Part shown: positions 1 to 10,888 of the stretch, piece after piece
How the letters are laid out: each line of letters opens with the position of its first letter
How positions within the stretch are numbered: position 1 is the first letter of the stretch
From: Legionellales bacterium
GTDB taxonomy: Bacteria > Pseudomonadota > Gammaproteobacteria > JAGOUN01
Direction: 5' to 3'
Assembly (NCBI GenBank): GCA_027486005.1
Contig: JAIXPZ010000078.1
Span: forward strand, 1,849 to 65,848
Length of the DNA: 64,000 nt
Translations under genes and position numbers: made by a program
Notes under the pieces: model-generated
Told to the model about the DNA's origin: nothing
Seen by the model: only the letters and a program-made list of their open reading frames with translations
Database searches by the model: none

Positions 1-660
1 ATTAAATTTTTTGCTTAGTTGACCTACTTGTGCCTCTTGTATGCTCTTATCTAGAGACAGGGCCAAATGATCAAAGTCATTAATTAACTTTCCAAAATCA
101 ATGTCATTTAATCGAGATGCCATATTACTAAGATTATCCGATAATTGAGAAAGCGTGCTCGGCGTTGAAGGAATATAAAGCGATTTCGGTGTCCAGTGAA
201 TAGGGAGTGTAGGCGATTTTTTGTCATTGATAAAATTTAGAGAAAGATAAGCGTTTCCCACTAAATCTTGCGTGGCTAAACTTGCACGCAATCCATTTTC
301 AACATATTTATTGATAATTTTTTGTGGATTTTTTCGATCAAGTTCTTCACTGCGCAGCTTTTTTGTAAGTGAAAATTGCACATAAATATAGCGTTGCTCT
401 TGATTGGAAAATCTCATTTCTTCTGCAGTATACTTCGTATTGACCATCGCTATTTCGGTGACTGCACCAATAGTGACGCCACGATATTTTACCGGTGAGC
501 CAATATTTAAGCCCTGTACCGATTCGTCAAAATAGGTTTCCACAAGTACTGAGGGTTGAAATAAATTGCTCACGCCGAGGAATACCATAAAAGCAATGAC
601 AAGAGTAATGCTGAAGGCAGTGAATAAACCAATCTTATAATAATTTGTTTTGTTGCTCAT
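1..660 (-). CDS. mlaD: MlaD (Mce-domain) substrate-binding component of the Mla phospholipid ABC transporter. The N-terminal ~220 aa are present and the C-terminus runs off the window.
   Basis: Reverse-strand translation from the ATG at 658-660 gives MSNKTNYYKIGLFTAFSITLVIAFMVFLG...GSPVKYRGVTIG, a single N-terminal TM helix followed by an Mce domain. The ATG overlaps the mlaF stop codon (ATGA). The ORF is absent from the six-frame track because it is open at the window edge. Confidence 0.8.
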   Translation of the reverse strand, partial: MSNKTNYYKIGLFTAFSITLVIAFMVFLGVSNLFQPSVLVETYFDESVQGLNIGSPVKYRGVTIGAVTEIAMVNTKYTAEEMRFSNQEQRYIYVQFSLTKKLRSEELDRKNPQKIINKYVENGLRASLATQDLVGNAYLSLNFINDKKSPTLPIHWTPKSLYIPSTPSTLSQLSDNLSNMASRLNDIDFGKLINDFDHLALSLDKSIQEAQVGQLSKKFN

Positions 661-1394
661 TTTGCGTTCCTAAAAAATTCTTTTATAAAGGGGTCGTCAA
701 CTTCATTCATTAAGTGTGCAATGCTTCCTTGCGCGATTATTTTTTTATTATTCAATATGATGGCACGATCTGCAATAGCAGTGATAGTGGCAAGTTCATG
801 TGTAATAATGACAAAACTAATATTAAGATTGTTGGATAAATTTGCGATTAAATCGTCTAGCTCGTGATGGCTAATAGGGTCTAATCCTGCAGAAGGTTCA
901 TCAAGAAAAATAATATGAGCATCTAAGGCCATAGCGCGTGCAATGGCGGCACGCTTTATCATTCCTCCGCTGATATTGGCGGGGTAGAAGTGGGCGTATT
1001 TTTCTAATTTTACTAGGCGAAGTTTTAATAAAGCACATTCAATCGCCAGGCTTTCAGGTAAATTTGCATGAGCTCTAATAGGTAGCAATACATTTTCCAA
1101 TAATGTTAAAGAGCTAAGTAAGGCGCCGCTTTGAAACATAACTCCGATGTTTTGCAGCAAGACTTTTTGGCTTTCTACTGTGGTTTGCGTGATGTCTACG
1201 CCATCAATTTGTATAATCCCCCTTTTAGGTTGCTCTAAGCCAAGCAGGTGTCGCAACAGAGTGGTTTTGCCGCAACCTGAGCCTCCAAGTATGGTAAAGA
1301 TTTCTCCCGCATCAACGTGGAAATTGGCATCTTCCAGTATAGACAAATCTCCATAAGCAAGATTGAGATGTTCGACATTAATAACCGGTATCAT
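657..1394 (-). CDS. mlaF: ABC transporter ATP-binding protein MlaF
   Basis: Walker A motif GGSGCGKTT, ABC signature LSGGM and Walker B FLDEP in a 245-aa ORF. The stop codon overlaps the mlaD start. Confidence 0.85.
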   Translation of the reverse strand: MIPVINVEHLNLAYGDLSILEDANFHVDAGEIFTILGGSGCGKTTLLRHLLGLEQPKRGIIQIDGVDITQTTVESQKVLLQNIGVMFQSGALLSSLTLLENVLLPIRAHANLPESLAIECALLKLRLVKLEKYAHFYPANISGGMIKRAAIARAMALDAHIIFLDEPSAGLDPISHHELDDLIANLSNNLNISFVIITHELATITAIADRAIILNNKKIIAQGSIAHLMNEVDDPFIKEFFRNAK

Positions 1395-1396
1395 GC

Positions 1397-2560
1397 TTAT
1401 AGCCCCATGTAAAAAAGTAGGGTGGTGAAAAGTCCATCAGTTGATGTGACAATGACAATACACATGACCATAGTTTGAGTAGTGGCTGCTCCCACTGCTG
1501 TTGCGTTTTTCTCGCTATTAAGACCTTGAAAACAACCAATGCCGGCAATTAAGACGCCAAAAATCATGGATTTAATAAGGCTACTGATAAAATCGCCAAA
1601 AGAAAGAAAGATAAACATTTGTTCGATAATCACATTGCGGCTGAATCCTTCCCCATGCATAACAAGGCCGCATCCTAGGAGCCCAAAGAAGTCCATAAAG
1701 AGAGCGATAAATGGAGCAATTAACGCAGTAGCAATCAGCCGCGGTAAGACCAAGTAAGGAATGGGGTTCAAGCCCATCACTTTCAATGCATCAATTTCTT
1801 GATTAACTTGCATCACGCTGATTTCAGCCGCATAAGCTGAGGCAATTCGGCCGGTTAAAATAATTGCCATCAGTAATGGACCTAATTCTTTCACAAGAGC
1901 AACTGAGACGAGATTGGCCACATAAATTTCCGCGCCAAAGCTTTTCAATAATCCAGCCGATTGAAAGGCCATGATTAACCCAAAAAGAATACCGATTAAA
2001 AACGTTAAAGGAATACTGTTTGGGCCAACGTCTTGAATATAGAAGAGTACTTTTTTTAAATCTAAGCTTTTGGGGTGTCTAAGAAAAGACCCAAAACAGG
2101 CAACAATTTCTCCGGTGTATTGCAGGCTTAATTTTATATTGGAAAAAAATTGCATCACTATTTGACCGAGTCCTGCAAAGCCTTTTAGAGTTGGCTCTTC
2201 AGGAATTACGTCTTGCCTCAAGGTTTCATCGGAGACCATTGACCAGAGTGACTGCAATTGAGTTGGTAAGGGTTCTAGCGTGCAGAGAATTAATTTTTGA
2301 GCATTTTTAATGCACTCTTTCAGTTGAATTAAACCAGCAGTATCCCAGTGCGTAATGCCTTGCGTAGAAACGCTGATTTTAGTGAGATTTTTTGACGAAA
2401 GCGCAGCTTGAAAAGCTTTACTCAGCTTAGGAAGACTAAAGCGTGTCAAAGCTCCTGAAAGCTGTAGATTCAATTGTTGTGGCGTTTCAATCAGTGAGAA
2501 GTTCAATGTGGCTGAGGGAGATTCCATACTTGCCATTATCCAATGCATATGATTAGACAA
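1397..2560 (-). CDS. mlaE: MlaE permease carrying an N-terminal STAS (MlaB-like) domain fused to it
   Basis: The C-terminal ~260 aa form a polytopic MlaE/YrbE-type permease. The N-terminal ~120 aa (LNLQLSGALT...ISVSTQGITHWDTAGLIQL) look like an anti-sigma-antagonist/STAS fold. There is a 2-nt gap to mlaF. Confidence 0.75.
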   Translation of the reverse strand: MSNHMHWIMASMESPSATLNFSLIETPQQLNLQLSGALTRFSLPKLSKAFQAALSSKNLTKISVSTQGITHWDTAGLIQLKECIKNAQKLILCTLEPLPTQLQSLWSMVSDETLRQDVIPEEPTLKGFAGLGQIVMQFFSNIKLSLQYTGEIVACFGSFLRHPKSLDLKKVLFYIQDVGPNSIPLTFLIGILFGLIMAFQSAGLLKSFGAEIYVANLVSVALVKELGPLLMAIILTGRIASAYAAEISVMQVNQEIDALKVMGLNPIPYLVLPRLIATALIAPFIALFMDFFGLLGCGLVMHGEGFSRNVIIEQMFIFLSFGDFISSLIKSMIFGVLIAGIGCFQGLNSEKNATAVGAATTQTMVMCIVIVTSTDGLFTTLLFYMGL

Positions 2561-2569
2561 TACCTGTTT

Positions 2570-2968
2570 CTATACCCAATTTTCAAGCTTTAAATGCGGA
2601 ACACGAGCAAACTCTTTAGTGTTATTTGTCACTAAAACTGTCTCAAGAGATAAAGCATGAGCTGCTATCATAATATCGAGCGGACCGATGACAGTTCCTT
2701 GTTTTTCAAGAAACGCTCTTATTTTACCATAATAATTTGTGGCTTCTTTATCAAAGAACACAAGCTCGAGTGGTAAAATAAATTCTTCTAAAGCAGCTCT
2801 GTTTTTTTGCGAATACTGGCTTTTCTCAACTCCATAAGATAACTCGGCTAATGTGATGGAAGAAATAGCGACATCGCCCACTTGTAGAGAATTAAATCTT
2901 TCAATGACGTTTTGAGGGCGACGCTTAATGATATAAATACAGGTGTTAGTGTCGAGTAGATATTTCAT
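2570..2968 (-). CDS. vapC: PIN-domain toxin VapC
   Basis: 132-aa ORF with an N-terminal MKYLLDTNTCIY PIN signature (acidic D6). Its start overlaps the upstream antitoxin ORF by 4 nt. Confidence 0.8.
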   Translation of the reverse strand: MKYLLDTNTCIYIIKRRPQNVIERFNSLQVGDVAISSITLAELSYGVEKSQYSQKNRAALEEFILPLELVFFDKEATNYYGKIRAFLEKQGTVIGPLDIMIAAHALSLETVLVTNNTKEFARVPHLKLENWV

Positions 2969-3201
2969 TCAAACAAATCCTCTCTTTTTTGTTGCTCAAT
3001 AGGTTGATTACGAGAGTTCATGAAATCATCGGAGAACTTGCTTAAACTGTTGGTTAATGTTTCCCAAGAGTTTTCGGTAGGGAGAAGAATAGTGATGTTT
3101 CCAATTTTTTTTATAAAAACTTCTTTACCAGGAAAGCGAAACTCTTTAGGCAGGCGAACTGCCTGACTTTGACCATTTTGAAATAGTTTTGCCATTTCCA
3201 T
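2965..3201 (-). CDS. vapB: VapB antitoxin with an AbrB/SpoVT-type swapped-hairpin fold
   Basis: 78-aa ORF with the motif QAVRLPKEFRF, typical of AbrB/MazE-like antitoxins. It overlaps vapC by 4 nt. Confidence 0.75.
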   Translation of the reverse strand: MEMAKLFQNGQSQAVRLPKEFRFPGKEVFIKKIGNITILLPTENSWETLTNSLSKFSDDFMNSRNQPIEQQKREDLFE

Positions 3202-3306
3202 CGTTCTCTCCTGTAACCAGATTAAGTATATATTATAAGTATATACTTGGATGGTCTTTTTAGCAATTAGTACTCACAATTAAAATTCTTGATGTGCTAC
3301 TTATTA

Positions 3307-4464
3307 TTAAGCTTTTGAATCGATTATGCCTAAATAATGAGACAAACCCGAGCACGTTACATTTTCACTAAGAATATAGTAGTGCTCTCCAGGTGTAATA
3401 AGCGTGAGTTGATCCAAGTGTAGCAACTCCATCACTTGTTGCATGGATGGTGTGCGTTTCGGTTTGTCCGAAAATTTGAATTCGAACCCTAGGCGTTTAC
3501 CGTTAATAATGAGTAAAAGATCCAGTTCGCATTGATTGTGAACAGCCCAAAAATAACAATCATCAGGCTCAGCTTGATGGTATTTTATAATTTCCTCGAG
3601 TGCGAATCCTTCCCACGAAGCGCCCAGCTTCGGATGCTGAAGTAATGCCGTATGGCTGTTGATACTGAGTAAACTGTGATAAATACCGCTGTCTCTAATG
3701 TAGATTTTGGGTGATTTTACTTGTCGTTTATTGATGTTCTCAAACCAGGGTTGTAACTCTCTCACCATGAATGTGCCTGTCAAAATATCTAGGTAACGCT
3801 TGATCGTTGTGCTGGCAACACCAAGTGATTTGCCGAGTTCTGATGCATTGAATATGTTGCCATGATAGTGTGATAGCATCATCCAAAAGCGTCGTAATTG
3901 TTTTGCGGGTATTTTAAATCCCAAATTAGGAATATCGCGCTCTAGATAAGTTTTAATATAAGCATTACGCCAAGTAGCGCTAAATAAGTCGTTTTTGGCT
4001 AAGAAAGAGAGGGGGAAACCACCTCTGTTCCATAACTCTTTGGTGTTTTGTGTCTCAGTTGCAGAGAGAGGGGAAAGTTCAATATATTGGATTCTTCCGG
4101 CGAGTGTCTCAGATGATTGATGAATGAGGTCGCGAGAAGCGCTGCCCAAAATGAGAAATTTTCGTTTTTCACGGTCTTGGTCGACGATGACGCGTAATAG
4201 TTTGAATAAGTTGGGTAGGTATTGGATTTCATCAATAATAATTAAGCCTGATTGAGCGTTAAGAATGAATGAGGCATTTTCTTCGAGTTGTGCTAAGTGC
4301 AAAGGGTTCTCAAGGTCGAAGATGTTACTGGTCAGGGTGGGGTGTTTTTGCGCATATTGTTGCGCTAGGGTCGATTTGCCACATTGTCGTGGCCCAAGTA
4401 TTGCAACCACGGGGTGAACATTGAAAGCGTTGTCAATTTCTTGTAGATAATGTGCTCGCTCCAC
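3307..4464 (-). CDS. AAA-family ATPase with a DUF4143-like C-terminal domain
   Basis: Walker A GPRQCGKST in a 385-aa ORF whose architecture (N-terminal ATPase plus C-terminal DUF4143) is common for accessory ATPases. Confidence 0.7.
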   Translation of the reverse strand: MERAHYLQEIDNAFNVHPVVAILGPRQCGKSTLAQQYAQKHPTLTSNIFDLENPLHLAQLEENASFILNAQSGLIIIDEIQYLPNLFKLLRVIVDQDREKRKFLILGSASRDLIHQSSETLAGRIQYIELSPLSATETQNTKELWNRGGFPLSFLAKNDLFSATWRNAYIKTYLERDIPNLGFKIPAKQLRRFWMMLSHYHGNIFNASELGKSLGVASTTIKRYLDILTGTFMVRELQPWFENINKRQVKSPKIYIRDSGIYHSLLSINSHTALLQHPKLGASWEGFALEEIIKYHQAEPDDCYFWAVHNQCELDLLLIINGKRLGFEFKFSDKPKRTPSMQQVMELLHLDQLTLITPGEHYYILSENVTCSGLSHYLGIIDSKA

Positions 4465-4602
4465 CGTTTTTCCTTAGCTTGCAGGCTTATTTGTGAAATT
4501 TTAGCATTAAATGCAATATTTTCATATGATTAATATAAGATTTACGGTTTAGCTTGTGGGCGTTATGATGGCACTCTATTTTATAATTAGGACGCAATCG
4601 AC

Positions 4603-7206
4603 GTGACCAATTTAGCGACAAAGAGAGAAACGTTTTTAAAAGATTACCAGCCTAGCGCATTTGTGATTGAAAAGTTTGATGTAGAATTTGACCTTAGTCC
4701 AGAAAAAACGCTGGTGACAAGTCATTTGCTTGTCCATCGTCTGGATAAAACAAGCCAACATTTGTTTCTCGACGGCAAGCAGCTCAAGCTTATTTCTATT
4801 GTGCTTGAAGAAAAAGTGCCTAAATTTTCACAGGATGACGATGGCTTGCACATTTTTAATGTCCCGGAGGTTTTCTCTTTAAAAATTGTGACTGAAATTA
4901 ATCCTGCCGCGAATACAGAACTAACAGGCCTCTATATTTCTAATAATATTTTTTGCACACAATGTGAGGCCGAATATTTCAGAAAGATCACTTTTTTTCT
5001 TGATAGACCTGATGTCATGACCTTTTATCAAGTAAAAATAATCGCAGATAAGCAAGCTTATCCAGTTTTATTAAGCAACGGTGATTTAGTTGAAGAGGGT
5101 GATCTCCCTGACGGCAAGCATTTCGCTGTTTGGAGTGATCCTTTCAAGAAGCCATGTTATCTGTTTGCATTAGTGGCGGGGGATTTAGCAAAAATTACTG
5201 ACTATTTTGTCACAATGTCAGACAGAAGGGTAACGCTGAATATTTTTAGTGAGAAACAAAATATAGAACGTTGTGGATTTGCCATGTTGTCATTAAAAAA
5301 ATCCATGCGTTGGGATGAAGAAAATTATGGCCGCGAATACGATTTAAATATTTTCAATATTGTTGCAGTTAATGATTTTATCTTTGGCGCTATGGAAAAT
5401 AAAAGCCTGAATATTTTTAATGCTAAATATATTTTGGCCAATCCAGAAACGGCAACGGATCAAGATTATGCCGATGTTGATACCGTGGTGGCGCATGAAT
5501 ATTTTCATAATTGGAGCGGGAATCGCGTGACCTGTCGCGATTGGTTTCAACTAAGCCTAAAAGAAGGGTTCACAGTTTTCCGTGAACAATCCTATGACGA
5601 AGATAATAATTCTGCAGTGGTGCATCGCATTCGTAAGGTGCAGGACTTGAGAAATGGTCAGTTTGCAGAAGATGCTGGTCCAATGGCGCATCCTGTTCAG
5701 CCCAAAAGCTATGTGGCGATTGATAATTTTTATACGAGAACCATTTACAACAAGGGCGGTGAAGTTGTTCGCATGTTGAAAACGATTTTAGGCGCGGATG
5801 TTTTTCGTCAAGCGACGGATCGTTATTTTGAAAAATTTGACGGCCAAGCAGTGACGACTAACGATTTTGTCGATGTCATGGAAGAAGTTTCAAAACGCGA
5901 TTTATCACAGTTTCGATTATGGTATTCACAAGCAGGAACGCCTGTGGTGAATGCTACTGGCGCCTATGACAGTTTAAATAAAATTTATACCTTAACTATG
6001 GAGCAAATTGTTCCACCCACGGCGGATATGCAGAATAAACAGCCGATGTTAATTCCTATCGTGACTTCGCTACTGCGTAAAATTAGGGGCGATACTGCGG
6101 TCGCCCTTGTGGAACCTGAAAAAACAGTGTTATTGGAAAGTAACCTCCAATCTTTTATATTTGATAATATTGAAGCTGACGTGATCCCTTCGTTAAATCG
6201 TCATTTTTCTGCACCGATAAAATTAAATTTCTCTTATACTGAAGATGAATTGTTGTTTTTATTTAAGTACGATACAGACGGCTTTAATCGCTGTGACGCT
6301 GGCCAGAGGCTAGCGAGTAAAATTATTTTAGAGGGAATGACTGACGAACACTATTCACACGCTATTGGTGAAATTCTTCGTCAACCTTTTTCAGACTTAT
6401 CAATGCAAACAGAGTTATTACAGCTTCCTTCTGAGAAATATTTGCATGAAAGCGTTGAAATGATTAATGTTGATAAAATTTCAACGGCACGTTGGCAGTT
6501 ATTTTTAAGCAATGCGATGCAACACGAAGCAGCTTGGTTGAAACTATATGAGTCTCTTGTGAGCAATGAAAACGCCTATTCTCCCGAGGAAATGGGGCGA
6601 CGACGATTGCAAGCGATATGTTTACATCACTTAGTTGCGTTGAATAAAAAACCTTATATTGATTTGGCGGTTAAGCAGTTTAAAGCTGCCAGTAATATGA
6701 CCGATAGTATTGCCGCGTTAAGTGCTTTATCACATACCGATACTTTAGAGCGCGTTGAAGCTTTAGCGCAATTTCAAGACCGTTGGCAGCATGAGCCCTT
6801 AGTGATGAATAAGTGGTTTATGATTCAAGCGCAATCACGATTACCCGACACGCTTGAAAATGTGCAACGTTTAATGCAACAGCCATTCTTCCATTTGAAA
6901 AACCCGAATAATGTTTACGCTTTAATCGGCGGGTTTTGTTCGAGCAATATGCTTAATTTTCATCATGTCTCAGGCGAAGGGTATCATTTTTCGGCAGAAT
7001 GCGTCTTAACCTTAGATGTCATTAATCCTATGGTGAGTGCTCGTATTGTGGAGTGTTTGCTGGCTTGGCAACGTTTTGCTGCGCCACGTAAAGACTTGAT
7101 GCAAAAAGCATTAACTCGTATCATTAGCGCGCCGAATTTATCTAAAAATGTCTATGAGCCAGTGAGTAAAGCGCTGGATATGGAGGAGCATCATGTCAGA
7201 AGTTAA
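4603..7206 (+). CDS. pepN: Aminopeptidase N (M1 family)
   Basis: GAMEN motif and zinc-binding HEYFHNW...E motif in an 867-aa ORF with a GTG start at 4603. Confidence 0.9.
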   Translation: MTNLATKRETFLKDYQPSAFVIEKFDVEFDLSPEKTLVTSHLLVHRLDKTSQHLFLDGKQLKLISIVLEEKVPKFSQDDDGLHIFNVPEVFSLKIVTEINPAANTELTGLYISNNIFCTQCEAEYFRKITFFLDRPDVMTFYQVKIIADKQAYPVLLSNGDLVEEGDLPDGKHFAVWSDPFKKPCYLFALVAGDLAKITDYFVTMSDRRVTLNIFSEKQNIERCGFAMLSLKKSMRWDEENYGREYDLNIFNIVAVNDFIFGAMENKSLNIFNAKYILANPETATDQDYADVDTVVAHEYFHNWSGNRVTCRDWFQLSLKEGFTVFREQSYDEDNNSAVVHRIRKVQDLRNGQFAEDAGPMAHPVQPKSYVAIDNFYTRTIYNKGGEVVRMLKTILGADVFRQATDRYFEKFDGQAVTTNDFVDVMEEVSKRDLSQFRLWYSQAGTPVVNATGAYDSLNKIYTLTMEQIVPPTADMQNKQPMLIPIVTSLLRKIRGDTAVALVEPEKTVLLESNLQSFIFDNIEADVIPSLNRHFSAPIKLNFSYTEDELLFLFKYDTDGFNRCDAGQRLASKIILEGMTDEHYSHAIGEILRQPFSDLSMQTELLQLPSEKYLHESVEMINVDKISTARWQLFLSNAMQHEAAWLKLYESLVSNENAYSPEEMGRRRLQAICLHHLVALNKKPYIDLAVKQFKAASNMTDSIAALSALSHTDTLERVEALAQFQDRWQHEPLVMNKWFMIQAQSRLPDTLENVQRLMQQPFFHLKNPNNVYALIGGFCSSNMLNFHHVSGEGYHFSAECVLTLDVINPMVSARIVECLLAWQRFAAPRKDLMQKALTRIISAPNLSKNVYEPVSKALDMEEHHVRS

Positions 7207-8605
7207 TACTACACAAGTGACTCGAATGGAAAGTGATAGTCTGGGGAAAATAGAAGTTCCAGCCAATGTGTATTGGGGGGCGCAAACCTGTCGTTCTTTG
7301 CATCATTTTGCGATTGGGAATGATCAAATGCCCAAAATATTGATACGTGCATTTGGTATTTTGAAAAAATCTGCAGCAATGGTGAATCAGCAATTAGGAC
7401 TATTGTCTGAGGATAAAGCCAAATTAATTATTGCTGCAGCAGATGAAGTGATTGCGGATCAGCACGATAATCAGTTTCCATTGAGTGTTTGGCAAACCGG
7501 TAGTGGTACGCAAACCAATATGAATGTCAATGAAGTGATTAGTAATCGCGCGATTGAAATAGCAGGAGGGGTATTGGGCAGTAAGAAGCCAGTTCACCCC
7601 AACGATGACGTTAACATGTCGCAATCTTCTAACGACACTTTTCCAACGGCGATGCATATTGCTGCGATAGAAATAACAGTGCGTAAAGTTTTACCTGCGC
7701 TAAAAGTGTTGCGCGATGCTCTGGATAAGAAGCGTCAAGAATTTGATCCAATTGTAAAAATTGGCCGAACGCATTTGCAAGATGCAGTGCCATTAACTTT
7801 AGGCCAAGAATTTTCAGGCTATGTGTCGCAGTTAGATGCCAATATTGAACGCATCCATGCAGTTTTGCCTGGATTATATGAATTGGCGTTAGGTGGTACC
7901 GCTGTGGGGACGGGTATCAATACGCATCCGCAGTTTGCAGTTATGACAGCAAAAACTATTGCGGATTTAACAGGATTGCCGTTTGTTTCTGCTAAAAATA
8001 AATTTGCAGCGATGGCGGCGCATGATGCTTTAGTATTTGCGCATGGCGCGTTAAAAACACTAGCGGCATCCTTAATGAAAATTGCGAATGATGTGCGTTG
8101 GTTAGGATCAGGTCCACGTTGTGGTTTAGGGGAATTGATTCTCCCGGTGAATGAACCTGGCTCTTCCATCATGCCCGGCAAAGTGAATCCAACCCAATGT
8201 GAAGCGATGACGATGGCGTGTATACAAGTGTTTGGTAATGACGCTGCTGTTGGTTTTGCAGGTTCGCAAGGTAATTTTGAATTGAATGTGTTTAAACCGG
8301 TGATGATTCATAATTATGTGCATTCTGCGACGCTTTTAGCGGACAGTTGTTTGTTATTTACGGAATTTTGTGTTGAAGGATTGCAGGCAGACAAAAACAA
8401 AATCAATTATTTCTTGCAGCATTCATTGATGCTGGTGACAGCATTGAATCCGGTGATTGGTTATGATAAATCTTCTGAAATTGCGCATAAAGCCTTGCAT
8501 GATAATTCTAGTTTAAAAGAAGCTGCATTGGCTTTAGGGTATTTAACTTCAGAAGAGTTTGATAAAAATGTTAGACCAGAAGAGATGACGCATCCGCATG
8601 GATAA
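7193..8605 (+). CDS. fumC: Fumarate hydratase class II
   Basis: Fumarase/aspartase signature [19 protein letters not shown] in a 470-aa ORF. Class II fumarase is favoured over aspartase by this motif context. Confidence 0.85.
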   Translation: MSEVNTTQVTRMESDSLGKIEVPANVYWGAQTCRSLHHFAIGNDQMPKILIRAFGILKKSAAMVNQQLGLLSEDKAKLIIAAADEVIADQHDNQFPLSVWQTGSGTQTNMNVNEVISNRAIEIAGGVLGSKKPVHPNDDVNMSQSSNDTFPTAMHIAAIEITVRKVLPALKVLRDALDKKRQEFDPIVKIGRTHLQDAVPLTLGQEFSGYVSQLDANIERIHAVLPGLYELALGGTAVGTGINTHPQFAVMTAKTIADLTGLPFVSAKNKFAAMAAHDALVFAHGALKTLAASLMKIANDVRWLGSGPRCGLGELILPVNEPGSSIMPGKVNPTQCEAMTMACIQVFGNDAAVGFAGSQGNFELNVFKPVMIHNYVHSATLLADSCLLFTEFCVEGLQADKNKINYFLQHSLMLVTALNPVIGYDKSSEIAHKALHDNSSLKEAALALGYLTSEEFDKNVRPEEMTHPHG

Positions 8606-8718
8606 TTTTTTTTATTTTAGATTCTGCTGATATTTTACCTGAATCCCGCGGTTGAAGCCGCGGGACGACGATCCTAGATTTGTTTAACCTATATTGGGAT
8701 GACAAGCGCGAGAAAAAA

Positions 8719-9054
8719 CTATTTTAATGCATTTGTCACTTTTTGTATTATTTTTGCAGTGATTTTAGTTTGGCGTTCAAGCTTGCTGATATAAGCTTGT
8801 GTGACATTCATGCGCTTGGCTAGCTCTTCTTGTGTCATGCTTGCTTGAATGCGAGCAAGTGCCACTGGGTTTTCAACGTAATCAGTTGGATCAAATGCTT
8901 CATAATCTTCAGTTGGTCTATAGTTTTTTAATTGTTTTGAAATTTCATCATGTAAAGCATGGTAAGTTGCTATAGGCAGAAGTACGTATTCAATTTTGCC
9001 ATTCATTGATTTGATAGTTTGTAAGTTCATTTGTAAAAACTCCCTATGGCGCAC
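8719..9054 (-). CDS. XRE-family HTH protein resembling an orphan antitoxin
   Basis: 111-aa ORF with a C-terminal HTH (MTQEELAKRMNVTQAYISKLER). No partner toxin is adjacent. Confidence 0.55.
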   Translation of the reverse strand: MRHREFLQMNLQTIKSMNGKIEYVLLPIATYHALHDEISKQLKNYRPTEDYEAFDPTDYVENPVALARIQASMTQEELAKRMNVTQAYISKLERQTKITAKIIQKVTNALK

Positions 9055-9135
9055 GAAATGGCATATTTATAACTTATTTTGGGTTATATTAGGTTATATT
9101 TCAAGTAATATTAAATATGAGGGCGGGAAGTTGTC

Positions 9136-9160
9136 GGGGCGACAAGTCGTCGCCCTTTTT
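9136..9160 (+). terminator. Rho-independent terminator-like hairpin GGGCGAC-N5-GTCGCCC followed by a T5 run
   Basis: A perfect 7-bp GC-rich stem, 5-nt loop and T5 run on the + strand. The same stem sequence recurs at 25393-25417. It lies downstream of dsbA-like (minus strand) and of no obvious + strand gene. Confidence 0.5.
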
Positions 9161-9172
9161 CTCATTATATTT

Positions 9173-9805
9173 TTATTGTTGAGTATTAGCGATCTTCTCA
9201 ACCTGTTCAATCGTCATCGGCGTGATTACGTAGCCATTAATATATAGCGTTGGGGTTTGAACAGTATCGCCCATTACTTCACCGGCAAGCCCTAAGTTTT
9301 GTTGCAATTGTGTATAGTACGTATTGTTCTTGATGCAAGTTGCAAAGGCTTGCATATCAATCCCAGGGATTTGTTGCGCAAATTGGGTAAGGAGATCTGG
9401 AGTCGCCCAATCTAATGCTTCATCCGGTTGGTGTTGGTATAAATAATTTACATAGGAAAAGAAAAGAGCCGGTTGTTGGTGATAAGCACATAAAGCCGCA
9501 TTACCCGCCGGAGTAGAGTTGGGAATAAATGCTAGAGGGATAGTGACATAACGCGCTTTGCCGGTGTCAATGTAATGTGTTTTGATATAAGGGTAAATCT
9601 CTTCATCAAAACGTTTGCAATTGCTGCATTTCATATCTTCAAAAGCCACCATCGTCATTTTTCCCTGGCCAATGATAGGTTGTCCTTCGATATTGATTTG
9701 TTTCTGAGGAGGAAGATCTACGCGGTGCGTTTTATTAAAAACCAGCGCCCCGAAGAGTAATATAGCAAGAATGCTTAAAGTAATAGAGACCAGCGTTTTA
9801 TTCAT
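9173..9805 (-). CDS. DsbA-family thiol:disulfide oxidoreductase (secreted)
   Basis: Signal peptide/TM at the N-terminus and a thioredoxin-fold CxxC motif (CSNC) in a 210-aa ORF. Confidence 0.7.
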   Translation of the reverse strand: MNKTLVSITLSILAILLFGALVFNKTHRVDLPPQKQINIEGQPIIGQGKMTMVAFEDMKCSNCKRFDEEIYPYIKTHYIDTGKARYVTIPLAFIPNSTPAGNAALCAYHQQPALFFSYVNYLYQHQPDEALDWATPDLLTQFAQQIPGIDMQAFATCIKNNTYYTQLQQNLGLAGEVMGDTVQTPTLYINGYVITPMTIEQVEKIANTQQ

Positions 9806-9840
9806 AATAATAAAATAGTTAATTCGAAATAGGGCCCCTA

Positions 9841-10887
9841 TTATGAAGCAATAAACATGGCATCGCCATAGCTATAAAAGCGGTAGTTTTTCTTAATGGC
9901 TTCTTGATAGGCATTTGCGACATTGTTTTGTGTAGAAAATGCGCTTACCAACATAAGCAGTGTTGATTTAGGTAGATGAAAATTAGTCACCATGGCATCG
10001 ACAATTTGAAATTGAAAGCCTGGGTAAATAAAAATATCGGTATCTAGTTCTGTTTTACATAGAAATGGATTGTTGCGCGCGGCGCTTTCCAGTGTTCGAA
10101 CGGTTGTAGTGCCAACAGCAATAACACGTCCGCCACGAGCTTTACACGCGTGAATAGCATCACAGGTTTCTTGTGGTAGGGAAAACCATTCCTTGTGCAT
10201 AACATGATCTTTGATCTCGTCTACGCGTACGGGTTGAAACGTGCCTGATCCGACGTGCAAGGTGAGGGTGGCGGTTTGAATGCCTTTGTCACGCAAAGCA
10301 GCGAATAAAGCATTATCAAAATGCAAGCCGGCAGTAGGTGCGGCAACCGAGCCTTCCTGTTGTGCATAAACAGTTTGATAGCGTTCCATATCTTGCGTCT
10401 CGTCTTCACGCTGCATATAAGGTGGTAGAGGCATGTGCCCGTATTGATGTAGCCAATCTAATAATGTTTGAGTGGCATTTTGCCCAGTGGATTGAATCAG
10501 TTCGATTTCAAATAAATCATCATTGCGCCCAAGAATTCTAAAAGGAGTATTGGCATCACCTAACAGCAATATTCGCCCAGTGTTTAAAGCTTTGCTAGCA
10601 CGTATGTGCGCCCAAGCTGATTTTGTCGAGATAATACGTTCAATAAGTACTTCAACTTTTCCGCCAGAGTCTTTGTGGCCGAATACACGAGCGGGGATTA
10701 CCTTTGAGCTATTCATCACCAAAAGATCTTTTTTATCAAGTAGATCGGGTAATTGGTAAAAATGGCGGTGACTAATATCACCCGTAATGCGATTTAAGTG
10801 CAATAAACGACTCGCTGAGCGTTCTTTAGTGGGGTATTTTGCGATCAAGTGATCGGGTAGATTAAAATCGAAGTCAGTGGTTTTCAT
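9841..10887 (-). CDS. queA: S-adenosylmethionine:tRNA ribosyltransferase-isomerase
   Basis: 348-aa ORF with the N-terminal sequence MKTTDFDFNLPDHLIAKYP, typical of QueA. Confidence 0.9.
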   Translation of the reverse strand: MKTTDFDFNLPDHLIAKYPTKERSASRLLHLNRITGDISHRHFYQLPDLLDKKDLLVMNSSKVIPARVFGHKDSGGKVEVLIERIISTKSAWAHIRASKALNTGRILLLGDANTPFRILGRNDDLFEIELIQSTGQNATQTLLDWLHQYGHMPLPPYMQREDETQDMERYQTVYAQQEGSVAAPTAGLHFDNALFAALRDKGIQTATLTLHVGSGTFQPVRVDEIKDHVMHKEWFSLPQETCDAIHACKARGGRVIAVGTTTVRTLESAARNNPFLCKTELDTDIFIYPGFQFQIVDAMVTNFHLPKSTLLMLVSAFSTQNNVANAYQEAIKKNYRFYSYGDAMFIAS

Positions 10888-10888
10888 A

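Noticed and set aside
1147-8323. Numerous 60-120-aa ORFs antisense to mlaF, mlaE, the AAA ATPase, pepN and fumC (for example 1147-1356, 1539-1757, 3999-4235, 5344-5550, 6381-6566, 7424-7657, 7819-8181, 8126-8323)
   Set aside because: They are fully embedded in the opposite strand of well-supported long genes, with no RBS and no domain signal.
8996-9247. 83-aa + strand ORF
   Set aside because: It overlaps the 3' end of the HTH gene, the terminator hairpin and the dsbA-like 3' end, and its hydrophobic junk translation carries no signal.
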